Positions 35,833-46,785 of a stretch of DNA of 64,000 nucleotides are shown here, piece by piece (position 1 is the first letter of the stretch; each line of letters begins with the position of its first letter). The DNA is taken from positions 32,001 through 96,000 of the IMG/VR virus record IMGVR_UViG_3300030107_008258; one strand, written 5' to 3'. The stretch is from a virus. The notes beneath the pieces were generated by a model. The model did not search any database, was not told the origin of the DNA, and saw nothing but the letters and a program-made list of their open reading frames with translations. The translations under genes and the position numbers were made by a program.

Positions 35833-38800
35833 CCTACTCCCGTGGTCCCTTTATTTAAAAGCCCACCGGGACGCTGTTGTTTGATAATTTCCTGAACAAC
35901 CACATTCTGAAGAACTTTACCAAACTCTTTATTGTTTTCAACCTCTTGCGATTCCTCTCTTTCTGAAGGTCCTCCGCTTTGACTTGTTGCGCTTGTATCA
36001 GCGGAAGCCTTTCCACTTTTATCTATATTGACGCTTACCTTAACATTATTAGTAGTGTTACCTCCCGTGTTTAGACTTGAGCCTCCATTATTAATTACAG
36101 GCCCCGGTTGATTACCAAACAAACCTCCCGCAGCAAAACTAGGAACATTTCCTCGATTAAGCTCCGTCATGAAGTTTACCCCATGGGTACGTACAGCTGA
36201 CGGACTCATGATATATTCGCCGCCCATCACCCTAGCGATACCACCATTAGCGCCGCCTCGAGGATCTCCACCTACTGTAGCTGATAAACCACCTAGTGTT
36301 TCAGGCCCCGGAGTTGCAAATCTTTCACTTAGCGGAAATTTCTCAAGATTGTAATGGGTAGGGATTTTTGCCTGTTCAAAAGCTGCATTGTAAGCTTGAC
36401 CTTGCTCTGCTGCCACTGCCGCAGAGTCCATCCATTTTGCTCCACCTATTAACATGGCCGCATTCATATAAGCCCCTATTAACCTTCCTCTTTTTTGCCT
36501 CTTTACAGCATTAATTTCATCTCTTCTTCTTTGAGTTTCGGTTGTAAGGTAATCTTGATACTTTGCCATCTTTTGCTCTTTATCAAACATTCTTGCAGTT
36601 TGCGGATCATCAGCGCCAAGCCTTCCAAGTAAAGAGAGCTTACTACTTACATCAAATTTCCCTTCTGTGGGCCTTGCTCGTTCGCTTATTAACTGACCTG
36701 TTTTTGGATCACGTCTATAATAAACAAAAGCTTTCCTAAGTGATACTCCGGCTGCTCCGCCTCTCCCTGAAACAACGTCCGCCCCTCCCGCGTCTGGATC
36801 AGGGCCTCCAAAGTACCCATAGGATCCCCTTCCGTAACCATAATTTTGAGAAGGAGCCGGACTTGGAGTTCCGGGCTGCATAGCCGCGCCAATTAAACCT
36901 GAAGCAGCGCTAGCTCCTGCAGCGACCAAACCCATTTGACCCATTGTTGGACCTCCGTTAGCAAAACTTGGAGCTCCATTAATAGCATTTAAAGTAGGCA
37001 ACCCGATTTTGTTTACCGCGGATTTTTTAATAACAAATTCTCCTCCACGCATTCTTGTTATTACGTCATCTTTTTGACCAGAGCCTCCTGTTACCAACCC
37101 TCCATAGTTATAACCGGGTACATAACCACCGTTAGCATACTGGTTTCCTCCCATGCCCATCTTCGCAAACATCATATTTGTAAACATCTGTGATGACATA
37201 CTGGAAATAGAATTAAGTATGCTTTGAGCCATATTAGCCAAAGCCCCTTGAACCGTACTAGCTCCACTAGCTATAGATTGAAATGCATCTGCAAAAGACG
37301 ACTTCATTGTTTGAGCAACCTGTCGTGTGCCGCTTTCAAAATCCTGAAGAGCGTCTACCCCTTCGTAACCAAATTCGTTTGTAAACCCAGCTCTAAAAGC
37401 CGTACCAAAATCTCCACGTTGTAGGCCCCTACCGGCAACTTGCTTGGCTAAGTTGGCTGAAAAAGCAGCATTTCTTCCTCGGGCTCCCATCTGACCCGTG
37501 TTTACCAGCCCTCTAGCTTCAGCTAATTCCTGCTGGGCTAACGCCGCTTCTATTTCCCGCGACTCTTGCCTCCTTGCTGTATTAAGTTTATATGCTAGCT
37601 TTAAAGTCTCAATATCTAATCTATATTTTTCTTTGGCTAACGCAATAGCATTTTCTTCAGTTTCTCTGGCTGCGTCTTTCGCTAAAATATGTTTTTCTTC
37701 TGCTTTTGTAAGAACGTCAATTACTTTTGAAAGATTTTGAAACGCCATTTGCTGCTCTATGCCTTTTAGGTCCCCCTTAAATACTCCAGTCCGTAACTTA
37801 AGACCCTTTACATCCGCTAATTGATTTAGGTAAGTGTCCACACTCTTCCTGTCTCCTCCCGATGCAGAGGCTCTTAGTCCCTCAAAAGCTTGCAACGCCA
37901 TCTTGGCTTGACCTGCTCCTAGCTTTTGCCCTTCTATAAATTTTACAACATCTAAATCTTTTAAACCTGCTTTTACGTCAGTCTCAAGGGCTTGGTCAGC
38001 TATTCTATCTTTTCCTCTTCGGGTTATTCCAGCTCTACCAAATGCAATTCTTTGAGCTACCCCTGCAGCGTCTCGTCTAGTTAATGTAGCCCCAGCTTTA
38101 GCGGTACGATAACTTGCCCCTAGCCCAAACATTGCTCCTTCTTGAGCTACGTTACGTGTCAAAGTAGCCAAAGCTCTTTTAGACCCTAGAACCTCTTGGC
38201 GGTAGCCCTCTTGCGCCAACATGGCTTTTCTTATGGTCTCTGAGAAATCTGCAGTCTCTTTATTTTCTTTTCTTTTTCCTTCATTCCCCTCTGCTATTAA
38301 TTTGTTGTATTCTGCTTGATTGCTAAAAATCTCAATAAGTCGATTTTGAACATCTGCGAAGGCTTGTTCCTGTTCTTCCGGAGTTAAATCTTCTCTAGCG
38401 TATATTGCTTTTTGAGCTGGCCCTAGTAATTTTTTGTTGACGTCTTCAGGAGTAGATCCAGTAAGAGCTGCAATTAAATCATTTTTTTGGGATCTTGACG
38501 CATCCTTGCGAAAAGATGAAAAAGGATTGGCCAGACCACTTTCAAATATATCAGCGCCGCCCAGTATACTCTTTTCCATCATCCAAGGCGATACGCCTCC
38601 CGCAGCTAACCTTTGAGTCACCGCTGCGGAACTAAAAGCAGGACTATTAGTCTGTAGGTTTTTATAAAGCTTATCAGCATATGTTGCCCCAACTCCTCCT
38701 GCAATTCCCATCTTTTTCTGGCTTGCAATTCCAGCTCTATCCCTCATGAACTGCGCATAAATAGCGTCGTCCGCATTATAGTTGGCGAGGCGCTCACCAG

Positions 38801-41800
38801 TTCCTTGCATTATCTCGTAGCGGCTCTGTAAGAGCGTCCGATCCTTTGGACGCCCTTTTCCTGTTATCGAGTCTCTCCCGCTCAACCATCGATTCAGTGA
38901 GTCACCACTCCTTACGCCTTGCCTATTTAAAGAGGCTCCTCTCTCTATTCCTGCAGGATCCTTTTGGAACAGTGCGTTAAATTCGGCCTGTGGTAATAAA
39001 GACTTTGTAAACGTCGTTCTTTGAAACAGTCGTTTATTGAAAGCGCCCAGTGCCGCTCCAAAATTAGTTTTGTCTGAGGCTTCTAGAGCTGCAAGCTCCG
39101 GAGTACCATGCATACTATGAGCCGCTGACGTCTTGCCTCCTGCCTCCGTGCCTATACCTAAGGTTCCTAACACCGCTATTTTCTTACTCATGAACTCTGC
39201 GGTAGAAAGTGACTCTGCCAATTTTCCAAAACCATCAGCCGCTCCCAAGGATGCAGAAAGAAGAGCCTCATTAGCTTCAATTTCTCGTTTTAGAGCCTCG
39301 GCAGCCTCGTCACTCGTATCCATCAAAAGACTTATAATCTCAGTCAAGCCTTGTAACCCAGCTCCTGCAAGAGCCCCCATCGGACCACCCATAGCTCCAG
39401 CCAAACCTGCAGCTCCCACACGTTTCCACCAATCACCGCTGTCATCTGATGTTTGCCCCATAAGGTTCATACCTACCATTCCTATACCCATTCCGGCTCC
39501 TTGCTTCAAGCCTGTCCCTGCATAACCAAGAGCCTTCTTCCCAACTGCTCCCCAGAAATAATTAGGAATAAAGCCAGAGGAAGCTCCATGCGCTCGTGGG
39601 TTTATGCCCATTGCGGCAGACCTTGCCACTCCTTGCCTTAACCCTCCGGGTTCATGAATAGTATTATAAACGCCAACCCCTGCCGGGTTGCCGGGTCCTT
39701 TTAAAGAGGCATTAGAACCTATTCTTATTGCAGATGCAGGAACTCCTGCCGCTACTTCTCTCCCTATGGCGTCACCTAATGGAGAAAAATTTGGTATAAA
39801 ACCTAATGCCTTACCCGGCTTTTTGTTTGGAGTGTGAAACATAAATTGAGCTCCCGGCCCATTTTCAACAAGCTCCTTCGCCATCTTGTTTACCATACTT
39901 GATCTATTACCCTTTGATCTGGAAGCCTTGTAATCTGCTATTCCATATCCTCCTCCAAATATAGGGTGAGTTTTCGCTGCTTGGTTTCCCCTTAGATCGA
40001 AATCTCCTATTTTATTTTCTTCCGCTGCTGCTTCTGCATCTAAAGCTAAATTCATCCCTACTTCAAACCCTGCTCCAGCTGCGGCGGTTAAAGCTCCCTT
40101 GGCTCCCTTAGTACTATCCAAAGCTCCTATAACCTCTGGAAGAGTCACTTCTCGAGCTGGAGGATTTATCTTCATTGCATACTTCATGGTTTCGTTAGCT
40201 ACAGCTTTCGAAATTGATCCAACGATGTCAGTAGGGGCAAGTCTGTCTAAAGTCTCTTGATTGTAACTTCTTATGGGAGACTGCGCTTTAAAATTTTTAT
40301 ATTTCCCTGTTCCCGACACTAATCCTCCTAGAGCATTAGGTTGCCCATCAGGAACCAACATGGCTATACCTCCCTCTAAACCTCCTCCAATTGTTATAAG
40401 CCCCCCAGCTTCCTCCATTGCTTTTCTAGATTTTGCGGTATGTCCTTTTTTAGGTCTATAACCTTTGGCTCCGGCCACCATAGGCCTCGCAAAATTAGGA
40501 ACAAACCCACCAGCAGCATAAGGATTGAAACCATGCGCAGCGCCAAAAGCTGCCTTATAACCCGCTCCAGCCGCACTGTTCGCTGGCGGCATAATTGCAG
40601 ACTGGCTCATTCCCGGGAACCGTTTGACAGTTTCTGCCGAGTTATACATCATTGTTCCGGCGCCGGGTTGACTCATAGTTCTTATAGCCCCAGCTCTATA
40701 TCCACCTGCCGCGGCCGCCGCTCTTTCCGCGCCCGCATTAGCGAAGTTTGGAACAAAACCAGCAGCTTTCCCCGGGGTTCTGCCAAAAGCGCCCCTCCCC
40801 CTAGACATTACTCCTCCCGCAATAGTCGAAGCGGCAATTTGCGCTTGGGCTCTAGCTGTATTTTGTGCTCGTATAGTGGCAAGTATTAGTTTTTCTACTT
40901 CTAAGATTCCGCTTGCTCCAGATTTAACTTTTGTCATCAGAGAGGGCTCTTTCATTAAAATATTAACAATACCTTGTTCTAGCGCCGCCCTCTCTTTGGT
41001 AGCCTGATTAATTCCCACTATGTCCTGAAAAGCCTGCTTAGCAAAACTTCCAAGTTTCATGGCTAGTTTACCAAACACAACACCAGCCATTATTAAACCC
41101 GGGCCACTTATGAACTTGCCCATTCCCGCGAGAAGGTTTTTCCCTATCCCTTCCCCAAAGCTCTCCATCTTACCGCCCTCTCCGAAGGATTCAATTAATT
41201 TATTTATTCCCCCTAGGACATTCTGTATAGCTGGACCAAACATCCCTTCGCCCAATGTCGCACCGGCCGAGGTTAAGTTCGCTAAAGTTTTATTAACTAG
41301 AGCGTCCATGGTTTGATTTAATTTTTCATTCTTCCGTTGAGCTTCATCAGTAGCTGTGTTAGCGGCCTTTAAGGATCCAGCGTAAACGGAATTTGCCGAA
41401 GCTAGGTCAGCCATTGCAGCTTTTAAGATATTAACCTGAAACACTCCAGCCACTTGTTCAGAAACAGAAGACTGTTGCGCTTTTGACAAACCATTAAAAC
41501 TTTTAGCGAGATTCTCTACTATCTTTATACCTGAGAGCATTTGCCCCTGCATATCTCTGGTAGCTACCCCTATGTTTTCCAATCTTTGCTGTACGTCGCT
41601 ACGTTGAATACGAGTAAAAATAGTTTTAAAGGCGTTACCAATTACAGCGCCACCACGAGCAGTTCTTTGTTGGACCGCTGTTGTTATCGCCATCAATTCG
41701 TTCATGCTTACTCCGGCTGAAACGGCTGAAGCACCTACACGGGAAATTGACTTTGCTAAATCTTCTGAACTAACCGCAAACTTAGCATCCACCTTTGCCA

Positions 41801-42413
41801 TACGGTTAATAATTTGAGTTGAATTAACCCCCTCTTTATTAAATGAGTTTACAGCGGCAGTTAAAGACTTAACAGAATCAGCCGCCTTCATTCCTGTCAG
41901 TCGGGTGAGAATTAAAGCGTCTTTAGTACGGACAAGAGTATTTTCCATACTTAAGCCCTGACGAGCAAATTCCGTGGTTGCTTCTGCGACTGTATCGAAA
42001 CTTTGAGCAGTTTCTTTTGCAACCTTAAACATTCCTTTACTGAATTGTTGAAGTTGCTTGTTGTTGAGATTCATGACGATGTTAACATCAGCCATAGCTT
42101 TCTCAACTTTGATGGCGCTTTTGACCATCGCTTTCAACGCATTATCAACTTGATAAATTAATCCAGCAGACGCACCAAAAGCGATAACACGAGCATTGGA
42201 AGCTTCAAGAGATTTACTAAACTCATCAGCCCGAACAGTAGCCTTCGAAAGACCCGTCCCAAGGGCTCGTACCTTATCAGTACCCCCTCCCCCTCCAAAA
42301 CCTGTGCTGAGGCTTTTACCGATCTTAGCAGCAGCTTTTTCAAGCTTGGCAATTTCCCTTGCCGCTTTTGTTGCTTCTAATTCCAGTTCTACTCGAAGTT
42401 TGTCCGTCGCCAT
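35829..42413 (-). CDS. Tape measure protein (TP901-family N-terminal domain), 2194 aa
   Basis: EFARQG, GAVIGNAFKTIFTRI, Ala/Gly-rich helical body, C-terminal GEFVI/GEYIM and RPGGLL; follows the chaperones and tube. Confidence 0.92.
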   Translation of the reverse strand: MATDKLRVELELEATKAAREIAKLEKAAAKIGKSLSTGFGGGGGTDKVRALGTGLSKATVRADEFSKSLEASNARVIAFGASAGLIYQVDNALKAMVKSAIKVEKAMADVNIVMNLNNKQLQQFSKGMFKVAKETAQSFDTVAEATTEFARQGLSMENTLVRTKDALILTRLTGMKAADSVKSLTAAVNSFNKEGVNSTQIINRMAKVDAKFAVSSEDLAKSISRVGASAVSAGVSMNELMAITTAVQQRTARGGAVIGNAFKTIFTRIQRSDVQQRLENIGVATRDMQGQMLSGIKIVENLAKSFNGLSKAQQSSVSEQVAGVFQVNILKAAMADLASANSVYAGSLKAANTATDEAQRKNEKLNQTMDALVNKTLANLTSAGATLGEGMFGPAIQNVLGGINKLIESFGEGGKMESFGEGIGKNLLAGMGKFISGPGLIMAGVVFGKLAMKLGSFAKQAFQDIVGINQATKERAALEQGIVNILMKEPSLMTKVKSGASGILEVEKLILATIRAQNTARAQAQIAASTIAGGVMSRGRGAFGRTPGKAAGFVPNFANAGAERAAAAAGGYRAGAIRTMSQPGAGTMMYNSAETVKRFPGMSQSAIMPPANSAAGAGYKAAFGAAHGFNPYAAGGFVPNFARPMVAGAKGYRPKKGHTAKSRKAMEEAGGLITIGGGLEGGIAMLVPDGQPNALGGLVSGTGKYKNFKAQSPIRSYNQETLDRLAPTDIVGSISKAVANETMKYAMKINPPAREVTLPEVIGALDSTKGAKGALTAAAGAGFEVGMNLALDAEAAAEENKIGDFDLRGNQAAKTHPIFGGGYGIADYKASRSKGNRSSMVNKMAKELVENGPGAQFMFHTPNKKPGKALGFIPNFSPLGDAIGREVAAGVPASAIRIGSNASLKGPGNPAGVGVYNTIHEPGGLRQGVARSAAMGINPRAHGASSGFIPNYFWGAVGKKALGYAGTGLKQGAGMGIGMVGMNLMGQTSDDSGDWWKRVGAAGLAGAMGGPMGALAGAGLQGLTEIISLLMDTSDEAAEALKREIEANEALLSASLGAADGFGKLAESLSTAEFMSKKIAVLGTLGIGTEAGGKTSAAHSMHGTPELAALEASDKTNFGAALGAFNKRLFQRTTFTKSLLPQAEFNALFQKDPAGIERGASLNRQGVRSGDSLNRWLSGRDSITGKGRPKDRTLLQSRYEIMQGTGERLANYNADDAIYAQFMRDRAGIASQKKMGIAGGVGATYADKLYKNLQTNSPAFSSAAVTQRLAAGGVSPWMMEKSILGGADIFESGLANPFSSFRKDASRSQKNDLIAALTGSTPEDVNKKLLGPAQKAIYAREDLTPEEQEQAFADVQNRLIEIFSNQAEYNKLIAEGNEGKRKENKETADFSETIRKAMLAQEGYRQEVLGSKRALATLTRNVAQEGAMFGLGASYRTAKAGATLTRRDAAGVAQRIAFGRAGITRRGKDRIADQALETDVKAGLKDLDVVKFIEGQKLGAGQAKMALQAFEGLRASASGGDRKSVDTYLNQLADVKGLKLRTGVFKGDLKGIEQQMAFQNLSKVIDVLTKAEEKHILAKDAARETEENAIALAKEKYRLDIETLKLAYKLNTARRQESREIEAALAQQELAEARGLVNTGQMGARGRNAAFSANLAKQVAGRGLQRGDFGTAFRAGFTNEFGYEGVDALQDFESGTRQVAQTMKSSFADAFQSIASGASTVQGALANMAQSILNSISSMSSQMFTNMMFAKMGMGGNQYANGGYVPGYNYGGLVTGGSGQKDDVITRMRGGEFVIKKSAVNKIGLPTLNAINGAPSFANGGPTMGQMGLVAAGASAASGLIGAAMQPGTPSPAPSQNYGYGRGSYGYFGGPDPDAGGADVVSGRGGAAGVSLRKAFVYYRRDPKTGQLISERARPTEGKFDVSSKLSLLGRLGADDPQTARMFDKEQKMAKYQDYLTTETQRRRDEINAVKRQKRGRLIGAYMNAAMLIGGAKWMDSAAVAAEQGQAYNAAFEQAKIPTHYNLEKFPLSERFATPGPETLGGLSATVGGDPRGGANGGIARVMGGEYIMSPSAVRTHGVNFMTELNRGNVPSFAAGGLFGNQPGPVINNGGSSLNTGGNTTNNVKVSVNIDKSGKASADTSATSQSGGPSEREESQEVENNKEFGKVLQNVVVQEIIKQQRPGGLLNKGTTGVG

Positions 42414-42418
42414 ATTCC

Positions 42419-42436
42419 TAGTGTATTATTACACTA
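42419..42436 (-). promoter_or_regulatory. GTGTAA promoter inside a TAGTGTA-N4-TACACTA palindrome upstream of the tape measure gene
   Basis: GTGTAA at 42434-42429; the palindrome abuts AGGA and ATG 42413. Confidence 0.6.
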
Positions 42437-42443
42437 TTTTTGG

Positions 42444-43439
42444 CTACACTCCGTGAATTTTCATCATATCCTCCATGCTTAAAGATCCACCTTTTTCTGC
42501 GGCTTTTTTAGCGAGGTTTATAGTTTCGTTTGGATTATCTAAGCCTAAACGTTTTAAGTCTTCCTTGGTAGCACCCACTAAAGATACCGCCGAACCTTCT
42601 TTTTCTGCAGCTTTTGACTTATCTAACACTTCTCTAGCGTTTTTAGAGGATTCAAACCATTCTACCAATTTGTCAGGATCATGCCTTATATCGTCAGGAA
42701 CTTGATTTTCAGCGTTTTCTAGAAGGGATTTGTAATATCTTCCATATCCAAAAAGTTCTATTTGATAAAAAGTCAATTCAACTAAAGGTTTTCCAAAGAA
42801 GACGTGAGCATTATTCTCACATAAATAAAATAGATTAACAAAAAAAGTAGAAAGAGAAACCTTTTTTAAAGCTTGTGAATTATATTTTTTAGTGCTTTTA
42901 TTATATAAATCGATCAATCCCATTAGTTTCCGTTCTTCCAACTCCTCAAATTCCTCTGGAGCAAAGAGGCAAGAACCATCCTCTTTTAGTAACGCAAACT
43001 GCATGTAATGCTCGTTGATTCTTCTTTGAGCATAGTTTTCGGCGCAAAAACCTATCAACTCTTCCTTTTCTAATTCTAATTTAGACAATTTGAATTGATT
43101 TTCTTTCAGTTGAGCATTTAAACTTTCTATATGAGATGCTAAAAAGAGTTTTGATTTGGATTTTTTTAACCCTGCTACCATACTCTTAAGGTTTAGAATT
43201 TCCTTATTCTTTCCCTCGTCCCAAATGTTTTCCTTTACTAAATAATCTATACGTTCCCTTTTTGTAGGGAGACCTTGTTTTACTGCTTTCTCGTAAAAAT
43301 AACGATTTTTTATGTCTAATTCGGCAGAATCGAAATTATTGAAGTGTTTAACCTTTATTTTTCCGAATTCCTGAGACTCCGCTAGGGTGAACCCTCTAAG
43401 AACTTCGGAAAATATTACTTTTAAACTGCCATCTTCCAC
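42444..43439 (-). CDS. Putative tail assembly chaperone
   Basis: Helical protein directly upstream of the tape measure gene. Confidence 0.5.
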   Translation of the reverse strand: MEDGSLKVIFSEVLRGFTLAESQEFGKIKVKHFNNFDSAELDIKNRYFYEKAVKQGLPTKRERIDYLVKENIWDEGKNKEILNLKSMVAGLKKSKSKLFLASHIESLNAQLKENQFKLSKLELEKEELIGFCAENYAQRRINEHYMQFALLKEDGSCLFAPEEFEELEERKLMGLIDLYNKSTKKYNSQALKKVSLSTFFVNLFYLCENNAHVFFGKPLVELTFYQIELFGYGRYYKSLLENAENQVPDDIRHDPDKLVEWFESSKNAREVLDKSKAAEKEGSAVSLVGATKEDLKRLGLDNPNETINLAKKAAEKGGSLSMEDMMKIHGV

Positions 43440-44215
43440 TATTTTTCTTGCTCTTCGACTTCTTTATCTTCTTCGTCTAATTTCATTGCAAGGTCTATCA
43501 TGCTTTGGAACTCCTCCTGACTATTGGGCCTTCCTACGAACCAAAAACTAACATAATAAGCAAATTTTCGAGCAGCTAAAATTGAAAAAACTTCCTCAGA
43601 TTCGTCTATCTCATCATACCGTTCGAGTTTTTCCTCAAAATTACCCTCTCCAAAGAAAGGAACATCTTTTCCGTCTTGCTCCCAATAACCTAAGTGAAGA
43701 AGCCACCATAAAATCACCTTATTTCGCGCTCGATTTTCTGCCGTTTCTTCGTAAAGACCATCTTCCACTAATTGTAAATCTCGGAGGTCTTTTCTCGCTG
43801 GTTTAATTTCTGTCTCTAGTTCTTTTAACCTCTTTTTCTGAGCGGAAGTTCTTTTCTTTTCGGTTACTTCAAGAATTTTTGACTGTTCTTTATGGAAATT
43901 TTGAAGTTTCTCTATTATTTTTTGATACTGTTCGTTTTCATCATCGCTTCGTGTTCCTCCATCATTTTCGAAACGTTTCTCTAATAAAGCGCGGGTTAAT
44001 AGACCGGCTTTGATTCCTTCAGCTAGCTTTACTCCGTAATAAAGCTCTGCTTCGTCAGTCATAGCTCGTGTAGGGCGCCTTAGAAAGAACTTGTGAGGTA
44101 CATCCTTTTTTACATCTTTGGAAATTGTAACTTCTGTCCCGTCTTTTTTCTTTTCTACGGTTTCTTCCTTAACGGTTTCTTCTCGACTTACGGTGAATTC
44201 GTATATACGCTTCAT
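43439..44215 (-). CDS. Putative tail assembly chaperone
   Basis: Charged helical protein between the tube and tape measure genes. Confidence 0.5.
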   Translation of the reverse strand: MKRIYEFTVSREETVKEETVEKKKDGTEVTISKDVKKDVPHKFFLRRPTRAMTDEAELYYGVKLAEGIKAGLLTRALLEKRFENDGGTRSDDENEQYQKIIEKLQNFHKEQSKILEVTEKKRTSAQKKRLKELETEIKPARKDLRDLQLVEDGLYEETAENRARNKVILWWLLHLGYWEQDGKDVPFFGEGNFEEKLERYDEIDESEEVFSILAARKFAYYVSFWFVGRPNSQEEFQSMIDLAMKLDEEDKEVEEQEK

Positions 44216-44466
44216 TTTGGTTTATTATTGTTATATTCGACAAATTTCTCAAAATATTCCTCTAGTTCACGAATACAATCGTTTCCTAGATCTAATATTC
44301 TTTTTCGGATTCTTTGGTGGGTTTCTTCTGGAATTTTTATTCCATCTACTTGGAGGTCTTCTAAAATAAAGAAAAATTGTTTATAAAGATTTGTTATCTT
44401 TCTTCGCGTTTGGAACGCAAAAAAATTATTGATAATATCCCTATCCTTACCTTCTTCCTTAGACAT
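44212..44466 (-). CDS. Hypothetical protein
   Basis: 84 aa; preceded by GTGTAA (44499-44494) and AAGG. Confidence 0.6.
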   Translation of the reverse strand: MSKEEGKDRDIINNFFAFQTRRKITNLYKQFFFILEDLQVDGIKIPEETHQRIRKRILDLGNDCIRELEEYFEKFVEYNNNKPK

Positions 44467-44509
44467 ACCTTGTACCTTATATCTTATGTATAATTACACA
44501 AAAAATACA

Positions 44510-44537
44510 AAAAAAAGCCCCTCCGAAGAGGGGGCTT
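44510..44537 (-). terminator. Rho-independent terminator after the major tail protein
   Basis: Minus strand AAGCCCCCTC-TTCG-GAGGGGGCTT followed by a T run. Confidence 0.9.
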
Positions 44538-44564
44538 AATTAAATATTAACTAAATATTAGCTA

Positions 44565-45860
44565 TTAGGCAGGACTGTTAGCTAGATAATAACCGCTCAT
44601 AAAGAGGCCCATTCCTGACTGCTCTGGACCACCAATCTGCGAGGTAAAGCTAAGAGACACTGTCTTATTGTCTCCCATCCCTACACTGTAGGATTGGCTA
44701 TCTAATTTAATTCCTTTAAGTATATAGTTAGCTGCAGCGTATCTTTGTTGATGCGCATCTGACATTCCCGCGCATTCTGGGGCTCCAAGTTGTATACGCG
44801 CATCAAATAGATCATCACAATCAATCATTTCAGCCAATGAGCCTGTGGTCAAATCTGAAACCACAGCATCAACTCCTAAACTTACAGTAACCGGAAAGTC
44901 TATTACTCGAGCATAAGCGAACTTCGTTCCGAGCTGTTCAATAGAACTACGACTTAAATCAAAACCAATATTAAAACTTTGAATATGAGCATTTTCTATA
45001 CTTGCTCCAGCGTAGTCCGGTTTACCCATACTTGTACTTGTTGCAGCAGTGCCCACGCTCTTGTCTGCCTGTTTTGAAAGGAATAGCTTGAGGTCGCCGG
45101 GACGCAATACACTAACTGATCCAGCGGCAGTGTCTGAAACACTTCCAGTCGGACAAGGCAGCGCTACAGGGGTTTCGTATCTTTTTCCATCTATTGGATT
45201 GATAGCTGGGTTCCTTCCTGTGATGTACCATGGTCTTTTTAAGTTTTTACCCGGACCGGGGGCGGTGTCAGGCTTTGAATAAGCACCAACTCCTCCATCT
45301 CCAAAATTTTGGAAATTCATATTAAGTCCTTCGGCAGAGAAGGACACTGAAGGAAATCCTCCTACGGCAGCTTCTACAGAATAAGAGGTAAGTCCTGCAT
45401 TTCCGATTCCAATTAAACTTTCAAAATTTCCGCTTGTAGCCGTAGTCGGGTTTAGAGATGTTTCATCAGCGTCTTTACCTTCTTTAGCATTAAGGATGTA
45501 AAAGTTCTTTTGATAAGCATTAGTAGTTGAATCTATAATGTCACTGATACATGACTTAAAAGGTCCGACGACACCGCTTTGAGTTACATGAAAACCAAGT
45601 TTATATTCATTACCAAAATTGGCTAAAAGATAACTGCTATCAAAAGAAACGGAAGGTGATTCGGTAATAATTCTATCAATAGCGCCAAGCTGCCCAAATT
45701 GATTAACGTCTGTGCGACTAATATTAAAAGAATAGTTGCAGCTTTGCACCCTATCTAAATCTATATTGTCCCTGTAGCCAGTTTGCGTACCGCTAAATAC
45801 TACATCTTGAGATGCATAAACTGCTTCACTTTGGTAAATTACTCGATTTCTGGTAGCCAT
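44565..45860 (-). CDS. Major tail tube protein
   Basis: Lies between the neck genes and the chaperones/TMP; has its own promoter variant (CTGTAA 45892-45887) and terminator; beta-rich with a duplicated tube motif. Confidence 0.7.
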   Translation of the reverse strand: MATRNRVIYQSEAVYASQDVVFSGTQTGYRDNIDLDRVQSCNYSFNISRTDVNQFGQLGAIDRIITESPSVSFDSSYLLANFGNEYKLGFHVTQSGVVGPFKSCISDIIDSTTNAYQKNFYILNAKEGKDADETSLNPTTATSGNFESLIGIGNAGLTSYSVEAAVGGFPSVSFSAEGLNMNFQNFGDGGVGAYSKPDTAPGPGKNLKRPWYITGRNPAINPIDGKRYETPVALPCPTGSVSDTAAGSVSVLRPGDLKLFLSKQADKSVGTAATSTSMGKPDYAGASIENAHIQSFNIGFDLSRSSIEQLGTKFAYARVIDFPVTVSLGVDAVVSDLTTGSLAEMIDCDDLFDARIQLGAPECAGMSDAHQQRYAAANYILKGIKLDSQSYSVGMGDNKTVSLSFTSQIGGPEQSGMGLFMSGYYLANSPA

Positions 45861-45921
45861 TTTAAATCCTTAATTGTTATCTTAATTTACAGTTAATATG
45901 GCCAAAAGTGAAATTATTTTA

Positions 45922-46785
45922 CTATTGTCGCGGGAATCTGAATTTACTAAGCTCAAAATCTATTAACGTAGAGTAAACATTAGGATTAAATTTTCTCACT
46001 TCATTTTCTAAAACTCGATCAAAACGAGAAATATTAATATCATTTAGGAAAACTTGATCCGCATTGGTTTTTCCATCCATTATTCCAGTATAATTGTACT
46101 GGCTATTACGATAATAACCAAATTGGTTAAAGGGCATCTCTGAAGCTTCTAATAAATAAAAATTTGTTTGTCTTTGGTCTCTAAAAAGGGAACCAATTGC
46201 ATCGATATCAAACTGACTGTCGGCAATTACTATAGCCCTCACATTAATAATTGTATCATCCATCCCCCCAAAAGCAAGCGGCTCGTTAGAGCTGCCATCC
46301 GGCTTAAGGTAAACAACAGGATAAGTTTTTGTATCCGGCTCTAATCCCGTCGGAACAACTGAACCTATTTTATTTCTATTAGTATATTGAGTTTGGAATA
46401 AAATCTCATCTTCGGTTCTACTCGTTAAGTAAACATTAAAGTCTTTTATAGCGAAACTTCCTGTAATGTTTTGGGATTGAGTCCCTGACCAATAAGAACG
46501 GCCATTTCCGTAATCGATAGCGTATAACCCGGTATTACCCCCTTCCCCCACATTGACCAAAGTATTTCCCGCATAAAGCCCGGTAGGAATAGTAGCTCCT
46601 GTTATAGAAGCATCCGACACAATTTGCGAATAGGAGCTGGCATAAGTGTTATAACCATAGTAATCATCAGATACGCTATAAAACTGTCCTGTTGTGTTCT
46701 GGTAAGCTTCGCCTTTTGTTAAAAGCTTATTGTCAAACCACAATAAAAAACTAGACATTACTTGGTTGTCAAATTGAGCCTTCAT
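45922..46785 (-). CDS. Putative tail terminator/neck protein
   Basis: Synteny upstream of the tube gene; YPVVYL...P.AFGG...NVRAIVIADS. Confidence 0.45.
   Translation of the reverse strand: MKAQFDNQVMSSFLLWFDNKLLTKGEAYQNTTGQFYSVSDDYYGYNTYASSYSQIVSDASITGATIPTGLYAGNTLVNVGEGGNTGLYAIDYGNGRSYWSGTQSQNITGSFAIKDFNVYLTSRTEDEILFQTQYTNRNKIGSVVPTGLEPDTKTYPVVYLKPDGSSNEPLAFGGMDDTIINVRAIVIADSQFDIDAIGSLFRDQRQTNFYLLEASEMPFNQFGYYRNSQYNYTGIMDGKTNADQVFLNDINISRFDRVLENEVRKFNPNVYSTLIDFELSKFRFPRQ

Noticed and set aside
43430-43470. Programmed -1 frameshift between the two tail chaperone ORFs (lambda G/GT-like)
   Set aside because: The downstream ORF is in the -1 frame, but the sequence before the stop (CAA GAA AAA TAG) is not a canonical X XXY YYZ site. 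The TAGTG stop/start overlap is explained by translational coupling.
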